From assembly GCA_951406725.2 (NCBI GenBank), contig CATOCA020000001.1:8804001-8868000 (forward strand): a stretch of DNA of 64,000 bases, given 5' to 3'. Shown here one piece after another: positions 32,761 to 46,904 of this stretch; within the stretch, counting starts at the first letter, position 1, and each line of letters starts with the position of its first letter. The DNA comes from Octopus vulgaris. Its lineage: Eukaryota. Made by a program: the position numbers and the translations under genes. The notes under the pieces were generated by a model. It saw only the letters and a program-made list of their open reading frames with translations. It was not told the DNA's origin and did no database searches.

Positions 32761-33979
32761 TTCGTGTGAAACTGTTGGACTCAGAGGATTAATTAATTGT
32801 GAATTCATGATTCTCCTCCGACTCTCTTCAGTTATATCTTCATTATTTTATTTGGTTTTAGTCTTTTATAGATTTGACCACATATATATGGGCAACATAT
32901 TTTGTCTTAGATGCTATGAAAATTCTCTTGACAATCTCTGAGTAGAACACGATGAAGATTTCACTCAGTAAAGAACTGATTTGGGGTTATCACACATTTT
33001 AACTTTAGAGAGTCAGTAATGCAATTATATTTTCTCAGTATTTCAAAACCAGCAGTTTTGTAAATATGTTTATTGCTACAGATGAAATTCAAAACCAAAT
33101 GCTTTCCTATTAGTTTATATAAAACCGTAACTTTTTATTCCATACAACTTTCAGGAAGAACAATCATTTTTATTATAATTTTAACGTGTTTTTGCACCAC
33201 ATGTGTGAATATTAGTTCATTCCCAGTTTTCGGAGCTAGAATATTTTGATACCAAATAATTTGTTTTAATGCTAATGATTTCTAATTGTAATTAATTATC
33301 AATTTCTGGAATAAATTTGATGTAATTCAAATATTTTTGTATTTAATTTCAGAACAACCAGGTTTGTTCTCTCTTATCCCAAAAGAAGCCAGTAACAAAT
33401 GGATATTTCTTGCGAGTCTTCCTACCTAGTCCCACTAATGTTTGCAAGGTGGAGCTTTCGGCAACATCCCACAATTTTGATAGCCATAGGAAGTCCTCAT
33501 TTACAACTTCATCGGAGTTTGTGACGCAAAAATCTTGAAATTAATTGCAAATCAAAATGTGATAAATGTCGAGGAGTATGAAGTTAAAAATTGTAGAGCA
33601 AAATAGAACTTTTCCATTAACGGAAGTTATTTGGAAAGTGAGAGTGTCCGTCATTTTCTCAGTTACATGGAATTAAAATCACAAATGGTGTGTCGTTATT
33701 TTCTTACGACACGATCTATCAGCACAGATATGATATTTTTAATTTTTTGATTTATTTTCCTATGTACAAACGTAGTGCTTTATTGTTTACCGAAAAAAAC
33801 TGCAATAGCTATTAAATAACAATGATCCTAAAGATAGAATATTAAAAATAAAGAATATGCAACCACTTTCAACTCGCGTAATTCTGTCTTTAATCACAAC
33901 GGGATGAACTGAGATACGCATAGGCACATCAAATATTACATAGAAACACGATCTCTATGTGATATATAAAGAGAAAAGA

Positions 33980-34029
<50 letters not shown>

Positions 34030-34124
34030 GCAGGATATTAAAACTGTTTATATAAGAAATGAAATGTTTAGTGGTGTGCTTGGACTTACAACAACAGCAA
34101 CGAATGAACGTTTCAAAGTTTATC

Positions 34125-34130
34125 TTTATT
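34125..34130 (-). promoter_or_regulatory. Candidate polyadenylation signal AATAAA of the host gene
   Basis: tttatt on the + strand about 255 nt past the stop codon. The motif is common in AT-rich DNA. Confidence 0.3.
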
Positions 34131-34384
34131 TCAAAGGTTAATCTATAAGAACAAGGGAGCCAAACGACTAAATGAGTCTATGTGGAAGAGATATGCTACA
34201 TTCAGTCGGTAAATCCACCTCAATTCACAACTTATCACCTTCAAGAGGGACACATTGAACGATAGGGTTCTGCGTTATTTACACTTAGGAAAAGCCAGGA
34301 TGGTCTTGGCTGAAGGAATTTAGTCATATGTCTCTGTTTACTTATGTTAGATGTGGGACAAGACAGCAACATTTACACAAAAAA

Positions 34385-34587
34385 TCACTTTATGTTTAAT
34401 AGACACAGAAGTGCAGTTAAACATTGGGCTTTTTTAAGAGATTCTTTCAGTGTTTCAAATTTATTTGTGTCTGGATCACAACTTGTAACCCATCGGCGCA
34501 GCATCTGGTAGCTTTGTTCCACAGTGTTCAAGGGATTATCACACTCAATAATTTCCAGCTTAATAGAAGGAATCCCCAAGAAAATCC
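34385..34587 (-). CDS. Host gene terminal exon: remainder of death domain and stop
   Basis: tcttttgcag|GG ATT..., phase 1. Peptide IFLGIPSIKLEIIECDNPLNTVEQSYQMLRRWVTSCDPDTNKFETLKESLKKAQC...* has the death-domain pattern LG..I..DNP..EQ.YQML..W. TGA at 34385-34387. Confidence 0.85.
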
Positions 34588-35097
34588 CTGCAAAAGATAC
34601 ATCAGTAAGAAATAACTGCAACAATAACAAAGATATAGACGATGTGCACTGTAGGTTATTATGAAAAGTAACGAAACCATATCAATAGAAAAACTGTTTA
34701 AATATACTTAAGAAACATGAAAACTTTAAGTTTTATATCGTTTGGATTTATGATGTTGAGAAGCGGAGGTGCAGCAATTATTTCAACAACTATCTGAGAC
34801 TCCGAACGCCCTCTGTCGTCTTAACGATAGCGATACTTTTAATAAGAGTTCAACGAGTAATGTTTATCAGCACAACAATAAGACAATCGCTTCTACTTCT
34901 TAGGATGGTGACAAAAATAAAGAGTTGAAACCAAGGATAAATATGGAGAAGAGATTTAAATAAAAAACAATTGAAAATTAAATTTGAGAATAATTATGGT
35001 AAATAGATAACAGAAATGTTTGTGTAGACAATAGCATTTCAGAGCCTAAATAATCAAGATAGACCACAAACAGTCACATCCGTTTATCCATCTATCT

Positions 35098-35293
35098 AGG
35101 CAGCAAGCATGCCGGACAAAATACCGCTAAGCGTTTTGTCCAGCCTTACGTTCTGAGTTAAAATTCCGCCAGGGTTGACTCCACTTTTCATCTTTCGGGA
35201 TCAATAAAATCAATACCAGTTGAGCACTGAGATTGATATAATTGATTTACCCCTCCCCAGATATTGCTGGCCTCGTGCCAAAATTTGAAACCA
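35098..35293 (+). mobile_element. Degenerate SINE, family B-related
   Basis: ttacgttctgagtt.aaattccgcc..ggttgact..ttttcatctttcggg.tc.ataaa core. Confidence 0.7.
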
Positions 35294-37073
35294 ATTTTCC
35301 GAGAAAGTCATCTTTCTGGCAGGGTCCTATGAGAAATAGCTATCTTTTCCCTTTCCTGTTGGATTCCCAAGTGCGACCGAGTATGAATTTGGATATTATC
35401 CAACCATCTCCTTCTTGGTCTACCCCTGGGTCTTCTCCCAGTTGGCTCCACTTCAAGAACCCATCTGGCAATTCTCATCACATGTGCATGTTAGCAGAGT
35501 TGTGACCACTCAATGCATACAAGTAGCAACTTGACATGGTCAATGTCTACAATAGCCATGCGTGGTGGCTCTCCTTCCTTCCATTATTAATATAACACTG
35601 TTAGGTACACATTGCATATTATAGAAGACACTAGCTTAATCTCTCTGGATGCATGGCACATAATAATCTCTTCCACTGGATGAAGGCCTCCATTGAGCGA
35701 GAAGTCGATAATGGAGTAAACCTAAAAATAAGAAATGTTTTAGTTAGCAGGAAAGAAGATATGACTCGCCAACAGTTACACCATTCATCTACGTACGATT
35801 AAACGTTTCATGCGAGTGAAGTGTGGTCAAGTAGAAGGACACTGGACAGTTGAGAGGCTACAGCATGACACTCAAAATACACAAAAGACATGCAAATATA
35901 ACCCAACAGGAAATGAACAGTGTGAAGTTGGACAGCTGTAGAACATTCTTGCCATTGCAAAACTCTAAATATGACACTTGAATTCCCAAATGCATTTTAC
36001 TCGATCTGCTTCCATTTTGTGCATCTTTTAAAGCAATTACGCGCCAGAAAATGGTTAATTTCTCCAGACAAACTCTAAATGAGACATCAGTTCCAATTTG
36101 GTTGAGTAACCGAGGTTCTGTCTTTTTGTAATTCTGTGTACAGTACAAATATGATCCTTTGGTGGATGCGATTGAACTAATTGAATTAATTGAATCCACT
36201 CCTCACCAGTATGATCAGGTTTGAGTGAAAAGTGCGTGTAAGTAATGTCTCTCTGTGCAATCAATCACGTTGCAAAGTTCCCAAGAGGACACTGAAAATC
36301 GAATGATCCGTCGATAATTCTGAGTCAAATTCAATCCCATTTCCGTCTTCTCCAAATATTTCTTCTGACCAATCCAGATTCGATCAATTCTACAGAGCCT
36401 ATTCAGTTATTATTATGTCAGTCTCAATGAGAGATGCCCCCTGCAGTTCGGCTTGACTTGTGAATGTTCATTTTCTGGTAAATTCCCTTAAAGGAATTCT
36501 CTGTTTTCGCCTGAGGAGAATGATAGAATTTCGCTGTGTCACCTTTATTAAATCTCTTTTTATTGAAGCATTTACAGACATATGTCATGTGGTAAAGTCA
36601 TTGCAAAATGGCAAAATAAATTGGAATTATCAGCTTCCAACACAATAACCCAATAAATAATGGCTGCAAGAAGAACCAAACTCAAAGTCTTCTGTTTGAA
36701 GAAAGATGCTTTGTTTTAGATGTGAACTTTGGTACTTGTCCTTCATTACAATAAACTAACAGTGAACCTAAAGAAAATGTAAAACAAATTCACTCACCTG
36801 TTTACCCTTAAACAATATATTTTAGTTCCCTCTTCCAAAAGATAATATTAAACGCCATTTGTGTTTTCTAGTTTATCCATTATTACCAACCAAGTTAATC
36901 TCAGTGGGTATTTTATGAAATTACAGTAATATCGATATAATTAATGGAATTATTATAACCTATCAATTGGAAATTAGAAATGGAACCTGATCTCAGTCAT
37001 TTTAACAAATAAAATAGCTCAAGTGAAAGTAATATTTACAGAAACTAATTAGATATTTTTATTCTATACTCAC

Positions 37074-37145
37074 CAACGTGCCGCCAATTTTTTCCTAAAT
37101 TCTGAGCCACAATCAGAAGATCTTTCTCCTCCAGCTTTGGACTCT
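37074..37145 (-). CDS. Host gene exon: start of death domain (paralogous copy 4, 72 bp, phase 1-1)
   Basis: ttattccag|AG...GTT G|gtgagt. Peptide SPKLEEKDLLIVAQNLGKNWRHV(G) matches the death-domain LxxVAxxLGxxWxxxG motif. Confidence 0.85.
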
Positions 37146-37314
37146 CTGGAATAAATATTTCCAAGGTTTATAATTTCTAGTAATTCTTTTAAACTTTTTA
37201 TAAAGTTTATCGATAATTTATTATTGTGAGACATTGTTTTCATCAATGGTCGACTGGTGACCAACATCGTGAGGTCACTATTTTTATATCTTCTACAATT
37301 GTCCCATACTGTCT

Positions 37315-37690
37315 TGTATGCTTCTGTCTTGTATGCATACCAGATTAAAAGTGCTCGTTCCACATACCCACAAGTCCCGGATATGCCATCCCTCTAGAGC
37401 CTTTCAGTTCCATAACCATTATTTTGTAGATATATAACTAATCTCTTAGAAAGTAAAATCATGTAAATTTTGCCATCTACATTCAAGGCTGAAATTGGTC
37501 TGAACTGATCGATCGGTTCTGAATCAGCGTACTTTGGTAAGTAAACCTTTTCTACCTTGCACCACTCATCAACCACTCCATCTTTATGTCATAACTCTCA
37601 AAGTATTGCCCATAACATAATTGTGTACAGTAAGTGTACACTTTGTACAGGGGTACTCTTTGCTCTTGTTTTTTTCACTCAGCTGTATCA
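37315..37690 (-). mobile_element. Non-LTR RT fragment (R2/NeSL-like N-terminal RT motifs)
   Basis: W...VYLPK...DQFRPISALNVDGKIY..LLSKRL..YL.NNGY. Confidence 0.6.
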
Positions 37691-37995
37691 TCGTTTCTTG
37701 CTGAAATCACCAAGCTGTAATATTTGATTCCTAGTTTCGTTGTTCATTTCAAACCCATTTAATATTGTCAAATCAGATGACAATATTAAATCTATCGTGT
37801 CTTCTAAGTTATCCATTTTGCCAACCATGCTAAACTTGATTTTATGAAATTTCAGTAATATATTTAATCGAATTACTTTACAACTAGAAATTAGGGATAG
37901 AATCGTCTCTCAGTACTTTTGATAAACTATAAACGCTCAGATGAAGGTCAAATTTATTTTTAAAAATCTATAAGGTACTGTGGGTTTATACTCAC

Positions 37996-38043
37996 CAACT
38001 TGCTGTGATGTTTTCGTGGCCTCCTGTACAAATTGTGCAATTT
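37996..38043 (-). CDS. Host gene short exon, paralogous copy 3 (48 bp, phase 1-1)
   Basis: tcatttcag|AA...GTT G|gtgagt. Peptide IAQFVQEATKTSQQV. Homologous flanks. Confidence 0.62.
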
Positions 38044-39719
38044 CTGAAATGAATATTCCCAAGTTTTATATTTTATAGCAAAATTTCATTAACTGTATTA
38101 ATAACCTAAATTCCATTATTGTAAGATATTCTTTTCATCAATGGTCAACAGGTTACCACTATGCTTTCGGTCAACATTTTCTAAGATGTCATGTAATAGT
38201 TCAATATTTAGAACCACAAAAATAGACTAACCTTCCTCAATCCCCTCTCTCTATTGAGATATGCTACATAATCTAATGATCTCATGCAATTATCTCATTT
38301 AATTCTCACTTGATAACAATTATTTTCTCTTAGTTTTTGTCTTGTCATTCTAATCTCTGCGCTAAACATATGACATTTCATTGTCCTCTCACCTTTAGAC
38401 TTCACTAAGCAACATTCTTTTCCTCTTCTGCTTCATTCAATGGTAGACAAGTTGGTCCTCAGACACATAACATGTCACTTCGAGTGTGACACCTGCACTT
38501 TTTGTTAAACATTGCTGCTGGTAATCTTTATTTCTAACTACCGTCATCACAGTTCACCAGAATGTTATCTAATTCGGGAAATATTTGAAGTCTCCTAACT
38601 AAGGCAGCATTTTTCTAAAGATAATCATTGATTCGTTTTACACAGGTGGAAGAGAAAATAACAGAAGTCATAAAACCAGGTACAATTGTACAAAACCTCA
38701 TCAACTACATATAACTGCTTATTAATACATCATTGCAGGAAAATATCTGAAATGACAGAACATTCTTTTATACATCAAAGTTTTGCCCTACCTTGTTGTC
38801 CCCTCAATCAATGTGGTGGACCTCAATACAGTGAAAACCCAGGTACCAACAAATTTCAAGTTACGAACATTAAATCACTGTCGTAAGGTTTAAGCAAGAG
38901 AAACTGTTTATCTGATGTCAACGCTAATATAAGAACAACATTATAAGGAATATTTTATCCAACTCAAACCCTCCTCCATCACCACTACTCTACCACATTT
39001 GTTACTAATGCTAATTGAAATCAGCTAATTAAAATTATCTTTACAATGCTTCATAAAATACATGTAATTAGTGTCACACACAAAGGTGCTTCACAATATA
39101 ATGTTTTAAATGGAATGAAGCCGAGACACAACGGAAGTTACTAAAGTATAGAGGCCAATAATTCCAGTTTATAGGGATATTGTCTGGTCCCTAAGAAAAA
39201 CATTGAAATTACAAACATAGTAACAAGGTGTAAAATGTTAGTTGAGGCTACAAGAGGTTAAGTGTACATTTCAGACATATAAGTGGAAGAGAATTTATGA
39301 ATGATAACTGATTAATTATCCTGTTAATAAAGTATATAAAAAGTAAACTAGCACATTGCTCGACAGTACAATGTTAGGTATCTATATAGGTCGGATATAT
39401 TTTCACTAAAGGACATGTGACGTTTGCTACAATGAATATGATTGTATCGCAGCACAATTGATAGTATGGCGGTCCTATGAGTAATTACAGAAAATTGTTA
39501 AACGTTTCTGTGGGAAATACTGATAATAAATCCTATACCCTGGTCAAATAATTTAATTTGAATATAAGAATTAGTTCAGAACTAAAACCAAGATGTAAGA
39601 CACTTTGGAAACCGTGACTCCATCATTTACATTAAAACCAACAAGTGTGAGTACAAAATGTCGAAATGGATAGCAAATGCTATTCAAACAATGTAGTAAT
39701 TAATAACTATATATAATTA

Positions 39720-41885
39720 GCAAGAAACCATCGTATGATCAAGTCACACTTGCACCTAATTTTATTCTTAGCTGTCCTTTTTATCTTCACAACAATATCG
39801 ACATAGTGTTCTGTTTGTCTGATATATCTAGGATTGAATAGCACTATAGTAACATGTTCTACAGCAAACGTTTCACAGAACCTTTCAAATTCAAAAGACA
39901 CAAATTGCGTTACATTGTCAGACACTCGCGCGTCTGACATGCCAAATCTCGCAAACTGTTCGTATAAAATTTGTTGCTGTTGAGGAGATTCGTTTATGAC
40001 ACTTACAAGTTTCTGGCCATTTAAAGAAACTATGAACTACCACTAAGTATTAAGAACCGTTTAAAGGACCAACGAAATCAATGTGTAGTCTCGCCCACGG
40101 GATATCTACTGTTGGCCAGGGTTCGCATTTCATCGTCGTTAATTTGGATACTAGAGTACATCTTCTACAACCTTTCACGAAATGTTCGATTTCCCTGTTC
40201 ATTTGGGGCCAGTGCATGAAGCTACGTATTAAGGATTTCGTCCACGAAATACCAGAATGTCCAACATAAAATTCCCTCAACGTTTTCTTTTGTGGTGTTT
40301 CAGACATCACTATTCTCTGTGCATACATCATTACACCATCACAAATTGAGTATAGATTCATGTCCTGGTTTCCTTTCACACCAATCCTGTTCCTAGTTAC
40401 TTTTCCTAACCACAGTGTTCTTATCACTCCTGTTAGGAATTTGTCTTTTACTGCATTTCTCTTTATGACTTCTAGGGTTACCGGTAATTTACGTACCACA
40501 TTCCACATTACATTTTTGATTCCCCTTTCTGCTCTTAGAGCTGGGGTTACCGTATCTTCCAATGGATCGCAGTGTTTCTGTATCAGCCTGGAAAAACCAA
40601 CCGCATGCCATAGTTTTTTTCCTTACGGTAAATATTCCATTCTGTAGTCATAATCCAATAATTAGAAGTGCCCCATCGCGGTAATCTATTCGCTGTGTGT
40701 GTTGCTATTTAAACCGTATATTGACAGTAGTTGGCAATGATCCGTTTGTAGACAGAAAATATATTAATAGAAATTTTTTACACCTAATATAACTACTAAC
40801 GCTTCCTTTTCTATCTGACTATAGTTCCTTTCAGCCGGTAATAATGATTGAAACGCATGGGCTATAGCCTTTACCATAAGAAGTCCAATGTTAAAATACC
40901 TTTTAACTCGTCGAATGCAATACCTTTTGGTACTTATCAGTCGAATACCATTTTGTATTTACTTTAAAAGATCATTAATCAGGGCCCTTATATTATATAT
41001 ATATATTTGGAATATAAATTTGATAATAAGTTACTAAGCCCCAAAACGCTTGTAACATAGTCATATTATTCAGCGTGGGGATATTTCTTTTTATAGCAGT
41101 TCCTCCGGATTGATCTGCTTTACATCCGATTTTATCTGTTATCCAAGTATTTAATGTTTTTTTTTATAAAGAACTCGCATTTTTCTTGCATTAGATTGAA
41201 AGTGTATTTTTTTTTTTTTTTTTTTTTGTAATTGTTTCAGTCATTTGACTGCGGCCATGCTGGGGCACCGCCGTTAGAGTGGTGAAAGAGTACAGCAGGG
41301 ATCACCACCATCCCCTGCCGGAACCTCGTGGAGCTTTTAGGTGTTTTCGCTCAATAAACACACACAACGCCCGGTCTGGGAATCGAAACCGCGATCCTCC
41401 GACCGCAAGTCCGTTGCCCTAACCACTGGGCCCTTTTAATGTGTTCTATTTGCTGTTCATGTAATTCGCATTTTTCTTAAGACATTGTCTAAATAGGCGA
41501 TAGTAAAACCACACTCACTCAGCATTGTATCCATTACTTGCTGAAATATGGAAGGAGACAGTTTTACACCGAAGCAAAGCCGCTTCAATTTAAATAAGCC
41601 ACGGCATGAATAGATGGTTAATAAATGTGAGCAGTCTTCATATACTTGGATTTATAGTCATGCCTTGGAAAGTTCTATCTTTGAGCATAACTTCCCTTCA
41701 TTCAGTTTTGCAAACACTTCCTCAGAACTGGGCAACGGGCAGTTATGAGAGATTAAGCAATGATCCAAACCTGTTGACAAATCTGCACAAACTCTTAACT
41801 TGTTACTTTTGTTTTTCACGTAGACCGTAGTTGCTTCCCAGACTAAGTGGATCGCCAAACCGATTATTCCTGGGTTTCCAAGTCT
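39720..41885 (-). mobile_element. Decayed Ty3/gypsy pol (RT-RNaseH-integrase)
   Basis: RT LRVCADLSTGL...PLPSSEEVFAKL; RNaseH YSQIEKEALV and QTDH; integrase GHSGISWTKSLIRS..HWP..C..C, PWARLHIDFVGP and VSDNVTQF. Confidence 0.85.
41232..41432 (-). mobile_element. tRNA-derived SINE family C (different head, same 3' tail as family A) inserted in the gypsy element
   Basis: Head CCCAGTGGTTAGGGCAACGGAC...GGTTTCGATTCCC; tail GGCGGTGCCCCAGCATGGCCGCAGTCAAATGACTGAAACAA. Confidence 0.8.
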
Positions 41886-42009
41886 TTCAAGCTTTTGCCT
41901 TAACCAGTCATCATTAACGATGTGGTCGAGTTGAATTGTGCTGAAAGCTTCAGGTACCTAAGTAGCACCATCCCCGTAGACAGTTCACTGGATAAAGGGA
42001 TCACATCCA

Positions 42010-42600
42010 ACTACTCAGATAACTGAGAAAGGTGTGCGCCAGTGTACGAAATTCAAGATATACAAAGCTGCTGTATGTTTGTGAAATGTGGACTATGCAC
42101 AAGCGGCACGTCAAGACACCGGAACCGTTCCATGCAAGTTCACTGCACCCAATCATGGGCATCCGATGGCAGGAGAGAGTCTCCAACCTTGACGTCCTAG
42201 ACAGAGCAGAGTCCACAAGTGTCACAAGGCACTTCTGCTCAAAGATTGGTGGTGCTGAGCCCGGCAACATCTTCAAAATGAATGACCACTGCATCTCCAG
42301 ACAACTGATGCACGGTGAGATGAAGGAAGGAGCAAGGCAACAAGGACGACCCATTTTGAGCCATAAGGACACCCTAAAGAGCAACATAAACTGGTGTGGT
42401 ATGCAGCCTTGAAAATGCGAAACCGCAGCATAGACAGGGTTGCGTGGAGGTCAATCTGCCGACAAAGCTGTAGTTGCCTTTGAAGAGGAGAAACAGTAAC
42501 TCCTCACGACCCCAAGAGATCGCGGTGGTCGGGAGGCATCATCCTCAGTCCCGACTACAACATGCCAGTGACCAACCTGCAGGAGTTAGGGCTGTGGATA
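42010..42600 (+). mobile_element. RTE-clade LINE 3' fragment
   Basis: LLYVCEMWT...RHVK..E.FH...IMGIRWQERVSNLDVLDRAE...RQLMHGE..EGAR..GRP. Confidence 0.75.
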
Positions 42601-43063
42601 CACGTGCGTTCCCACTGCTGAGTGTTGAAACCACAGGCAACCTCTTCATCAGAGAATAATACATTCCTAAGAATGAGAGAGAAGTGACAATATATGTTCT
42701 AATCGAAGACGTTCTGGGTATACAGCCCCAACAGAGACGACATGTTACACATCTGGTTCGATAACAATCAACATCAAAAACAACAAAGAACTATAGGAAA
42801 ACTTTTTAAGGACTTGGAAGAATAACAAACAGTAAATTACTCATTAACTTAGGTGTTTACACATAAACATCAATTATTAGATTCCTCTTCAAAAAGACAA
42901 TATTAACTTTAATGTGTCTTCTACCCTATCTTTAATAGAATTACACAACAGTTAAGCTTTCCTAAGGAAATTAGAAATGAAACTCTTCATTCTGTCAAAC
43001 AAAACAGTTCAGTTGAAGATAAACCTAATAGAAATCAATTAGATGCTGTAATTTTATACTCAC

Positions 43064-43114
43064 GAACTGGTTCTGGCTCTGTCTGAATTTCCTTCTCTGC
43101 AAACATTTGACTCC
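43064..43114 (-). CDS. Host gene short exon, paralogous copy 2 (51 bp, phase 1-1)
   Basis: aatttgag|GG...GTT C|gtgagt. Peptide SQMFAEKEIQTEPEPV. The GAG acceptor is weak, but an in-phase internal tttgcag acceptor also exists. Confidence 0.55.
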
Positions 43115-44199
43115 CTCAAATTAATATTTCCCAAGTTTTAAATGTTATAATAACAAATCAGTTTCTTTATCGATGATCAACTGCTCAACAGAATGGTTTT
43201 AGTTTGCATTTTTAGTTTCAAAAGGCTAACCATGTAATAACTCAATATTTAAGTCTACAACGAAATAGATTACCTTTCTAAATTTCTTTTATCTTTTAAG
43301 GCATTCTAGGTAACCTAACAACTCTGTCATTATTTCATTTAATTATCACATGATGACGCTGTCCTTTAATTGCTTTTGTCTTCGTTCTTATGGTTGTGCT
43401 AAATATATGACGTGACATTGTCATCGCAAAAATTCCTTTCACTAACCAACATTATTCCCATCTTTGCTTAATTCCAATGTCAAGCAATTTGGCCATTAAA
43501 GTTCTAGCCACAAACACATGACACACCCATGAAGAGCACGTGCACTTTTTGCTATACATTGCTGCAGGTAATTATTAGTTTTAATTTCCTGCGTTACTGT
43601 TCAACAGAATCTTGGATAGGATATCTCTGACAACCTTCTTCTATATATCAATATCATTCTGTAACATAGGGTCCATAATCACTGTTTCTATGGATGTGGT
43701 CTTGTAACCAAGAAAGACCGTAAAATCGCAGAGAGTAACAAGGTGTAGAAGGTTAGTTGAGGGTGTAAAGTTCTGCTGAGGTTCTACAATTTGAGAACTG
43801 ATCTACGTATGATAATAATATTGACAAAATTCAAGGCATAATATAATATTTAGAGGCCTCTGAAAATTGTTTTTGACTGTAAACGTAACTAGATATAAAC
43901 GATGACACTCTCTTCTGGATGAGAACAGATTCTCAAAGGCAAGCTTATAAAACCTGGCTCTCTGTTCCATCTTCTCAGTTGCTCAAACCAAGCAGATAAT
44001 GTTCTATGAGAGCATCCAACAAGCACTGCTACGGACCAAAGAACGCCATGATAGAAGTCGTGCGTTTGATTTATGCATGAAATTAATACAACATTAACAA
44101 ATTTACCAATCATTTTCACGTGTACATAATATATTTTCAGGGCTGTAACTTTGAAATATCTAGCTGAAATGCTGCCTGCTCCTCACCTAAAAGAGGAAT

Positions 44200-45250
44200 A
44201 TTGTCATCGGCTGATATTCTTTTCATTAGAAGGTCAGATCTTGAAGAAAGAATGAAGCAGTGATGGGATCTTGTGCCAATTAATTTCACTGTTCTACTGT
44301 TTTCGTTTCAGACGTAAAAGAACATTATTCCTGGAATGCTTGCACATACTCAGCTACACACCTTGGGATCCGTGAGAAAATGTCTTTCTGTGGCTACTTG
44401 CTGACTTTTTTGCATATAACATGGAGAAAAATGCCACTTTGCTGCAAGTCCTTGATCATTCTGATGATGACAGAGATTTGTTTGGTGTCTCTAGTTCTTG
44501 TAATGGTCGGCTGCTCCGTCACTGAAGTACAGGAGATGGTTTATGAACGGAAGTTCTGTCTTTATATGCGATATCACCCTCGTAATAAAAGCATGCACTA
44601 TGGGGTTGTCACGTTTCAAACAATCCGATATGACACAGATTGAAGTGCATTGTGGGTTTGAACCAGTCTTATAGTAGATCGCGAATGGATGAATATTTTC
44701 CTGGGATTTGTTCCGATGAAACCCTTGCAGGGCGTCCTGTACTACAAAGCTATAATTTTCTGTAAAGTCCAACAATACTATTGCTTCACTTGATGTCAGG
44801 TCATCTTTTTGATGATTAAGGAAACAAGATCGGGCCTCTGCTATGAAATGATGTTGTTGTAGCGATTCAAACACACTTTCAGCGGTTTGAATGAAGGCAT
44901 TCACTGGGGAAGTGAGTCATAAAGGAGGAGCTGACCAGTCCACATGTGCCAACTGTTTGTGCGTTACTAAACCTCCGAGTGAATAAAATACGTCTAATAA
45001 AAAACGTTGTTCAAAAGGACAGGACTCACATAGGAGCAACATACAATCTCGATTGCTCACGGAAGAGACCATTTTGCCAAGCAAGTCTCTGTAGTCATGA
45101 CTACCAGGAATGGCAGCGGCGATACGTTTTGCATGTTGGTGATTCTCACAGACATATACTGAATGCATGCCTGAGGTCTACTGCGCATACAAACCATAAG
45201 TGTGCGGGTGAATTCACTTGGGGGTTTTCTCAATCTAAGCGTATCTCCCA
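44200..45250 (-). mobile_element. Decayed DDE transposase (Sola2-like; family assignment tentative)
   Basis: HSVYVCENHQ, HHFIA, LDFTENYSFVVQD..Q.FH, ISDCL, YFSDGAADHYKN. Confidence 0.6.
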
Positions 45251-46190
45251 AGATCCCGGTGTCCTGTTATTGCCATTGTGAGGCCAATGCTTGAAGGTCA
45301 TACTTCATCACCTCATCCCATGTCTTCCTGGGTCTACCTCTTCTACAGGTTCCTTCTACAGTGAGGGAGTGGCACTTCATCACACAGCTGTCTTCATTCA
45401 TACGTAACACATGACCATACCAGCACAGTCGCCTCTCTTGCACACCACATTTGATGCTTCTTATGCCCAACTTTGTCGTGATTGCACACTGACATTACAC
45501 ATCCAGCGGGTCATACTAACTTCATCTCTTTCAAGCCTACGCATGTTCTCAGCATCCATGGCCCATGTTTCCCTGCCCTGTAACATGGCTGTTCGCACAC
45601 ATGCATCATGCAGTCTACCTTTCACCCTGAGTGATAGACCTTTAGTTGCCAGCAGAGGTAGGAGCTCCCTCAACTTTGCCCAGGCTATTCTTACTCTAGT
45701 CGCTATACACGCAGAGCAATCACACTCACTACAGACTTGATCCCCTAGGTAACAGAAGCTATTAACTACTTCTAGTTTCTTCCCCTGGCATGTGATGGAA
45801 TCTGTTTTCTGTACACCTTCAGTGTTTATTGCCCCAGAGCATCTGCCACACACAAAAACTATTTTCCCGGTTAACTTTCTTTGATATTGCTGCACCTTTT
45901 ATGTGTCCATAGCTTCCTCCGGTTACATCGTGTGGAGTTTCTACCCTCTCCATTTCTACAGATAGAGCAGGGCCATCTACCTGAAAGGGGTTGTGATTTG
46001 ACAGCCTTCCTACTAACTAGGACTTTGGTTTTGACTAGGTTAACCCTAAGGCCCTTCGATTCTAGACCTTGCTTTCAGACGCTAAACTTAGTTTCCAATT
46101 CTGGCAGTGACTTGTCTATAAGAGCAAGGTCATCACCATAAAGAGGCTCCCAGGGGCAGAGTGTCTTGAATTCCTCTTTTATTGTCTGGA
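45250..46190 (-). mobile_element. RTE-like LINE fragment with Cys-rich insertion
   Basis: CGRCSG..., VNSFCYLGD, RIAWAKLRELLPLL, ERRLCWYGHVLRM, RGRPRKTW. Same family as 60270-62165. Confidence 0.8.
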
Positions 46191-46904
46191 GGACTATAAT
46201 CAATAGGAGGGGGCTGAGGACTGATCCTTGGTGAACCTTGATGTGTATTTGTAAATACAGAGTATAGAGGATGTATAGAGGATGTATGAAAACGGTTAAG
46301 AAATGAAGTGAGCATACTTCAGAAGAAGTGTAATATTAATGTGCTGAAGTCCCGGAGCAGAGATGAGCTGGAAGCAAAACTAGAGTTTAGAAGATTTAGT
46401 GCACAAGAGAGGAGATGTAGAGATATGGGAGGAGTATGGAAGATAAAAGTTAGATAAAGAAGTGTCAGGAGATCCAAGTAGAAGGGAACAAGACGTTAAA
46501 CCTGTGGGAGTAGTCAAATTTGAATGCAACAATCAAGTCAGAACTAAAACCAGAGGTGAAACACTCAGAAAACTGTGCCTCTTTTAGCATTAATATCATC
46601 TAAAATCTAACAAGAGTGAGAAAAAGAATGACTATATGGATGGTAAATGTTGTTCAAACAATGTAATAAGTGTATATTATATATAGTTACAAACAAGGAT
46701 TTGTGAGATCAAGTCACACAGGGAACTCATATTTAATTCCTATCTTTATATTTTATGTCAACACCAATATTTTGTTTAAATGCAAACAGATGTTCACCGT
46801 TCAATGCTAAATTTAATATTTAATCAACGTTAATGATCATTATACTTATAATCTTAGAGATTTGATTTTTAATTCTTTTAATTTGTAACAATGTTATTCA
46901 GTGG

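Noticed and set aside
34588-34630. Longer start of the death-domain exon suggested by the ORF track (acceptor before 34615)
   Set aside because: That acceptor is phase 0 and incompatible with the upstream phase-1 exons; the acceptor before 34587 restores the W..VG.FLG motif.
35500-36650. Short ORFs in the last intron (35858-36199, 36055-36264)
   Set aside because: No recognisable motifs or phase-compatible splice sites; probably decayed repeat.
36790-36810. Extra donor-like site (CAG|gtgagt on minus) suggesting a fifth micro-exon
   Set aside because: The nearest acceptor gives GG TAA (a stop in phase 1) and the conserved upstream cassette is absent.
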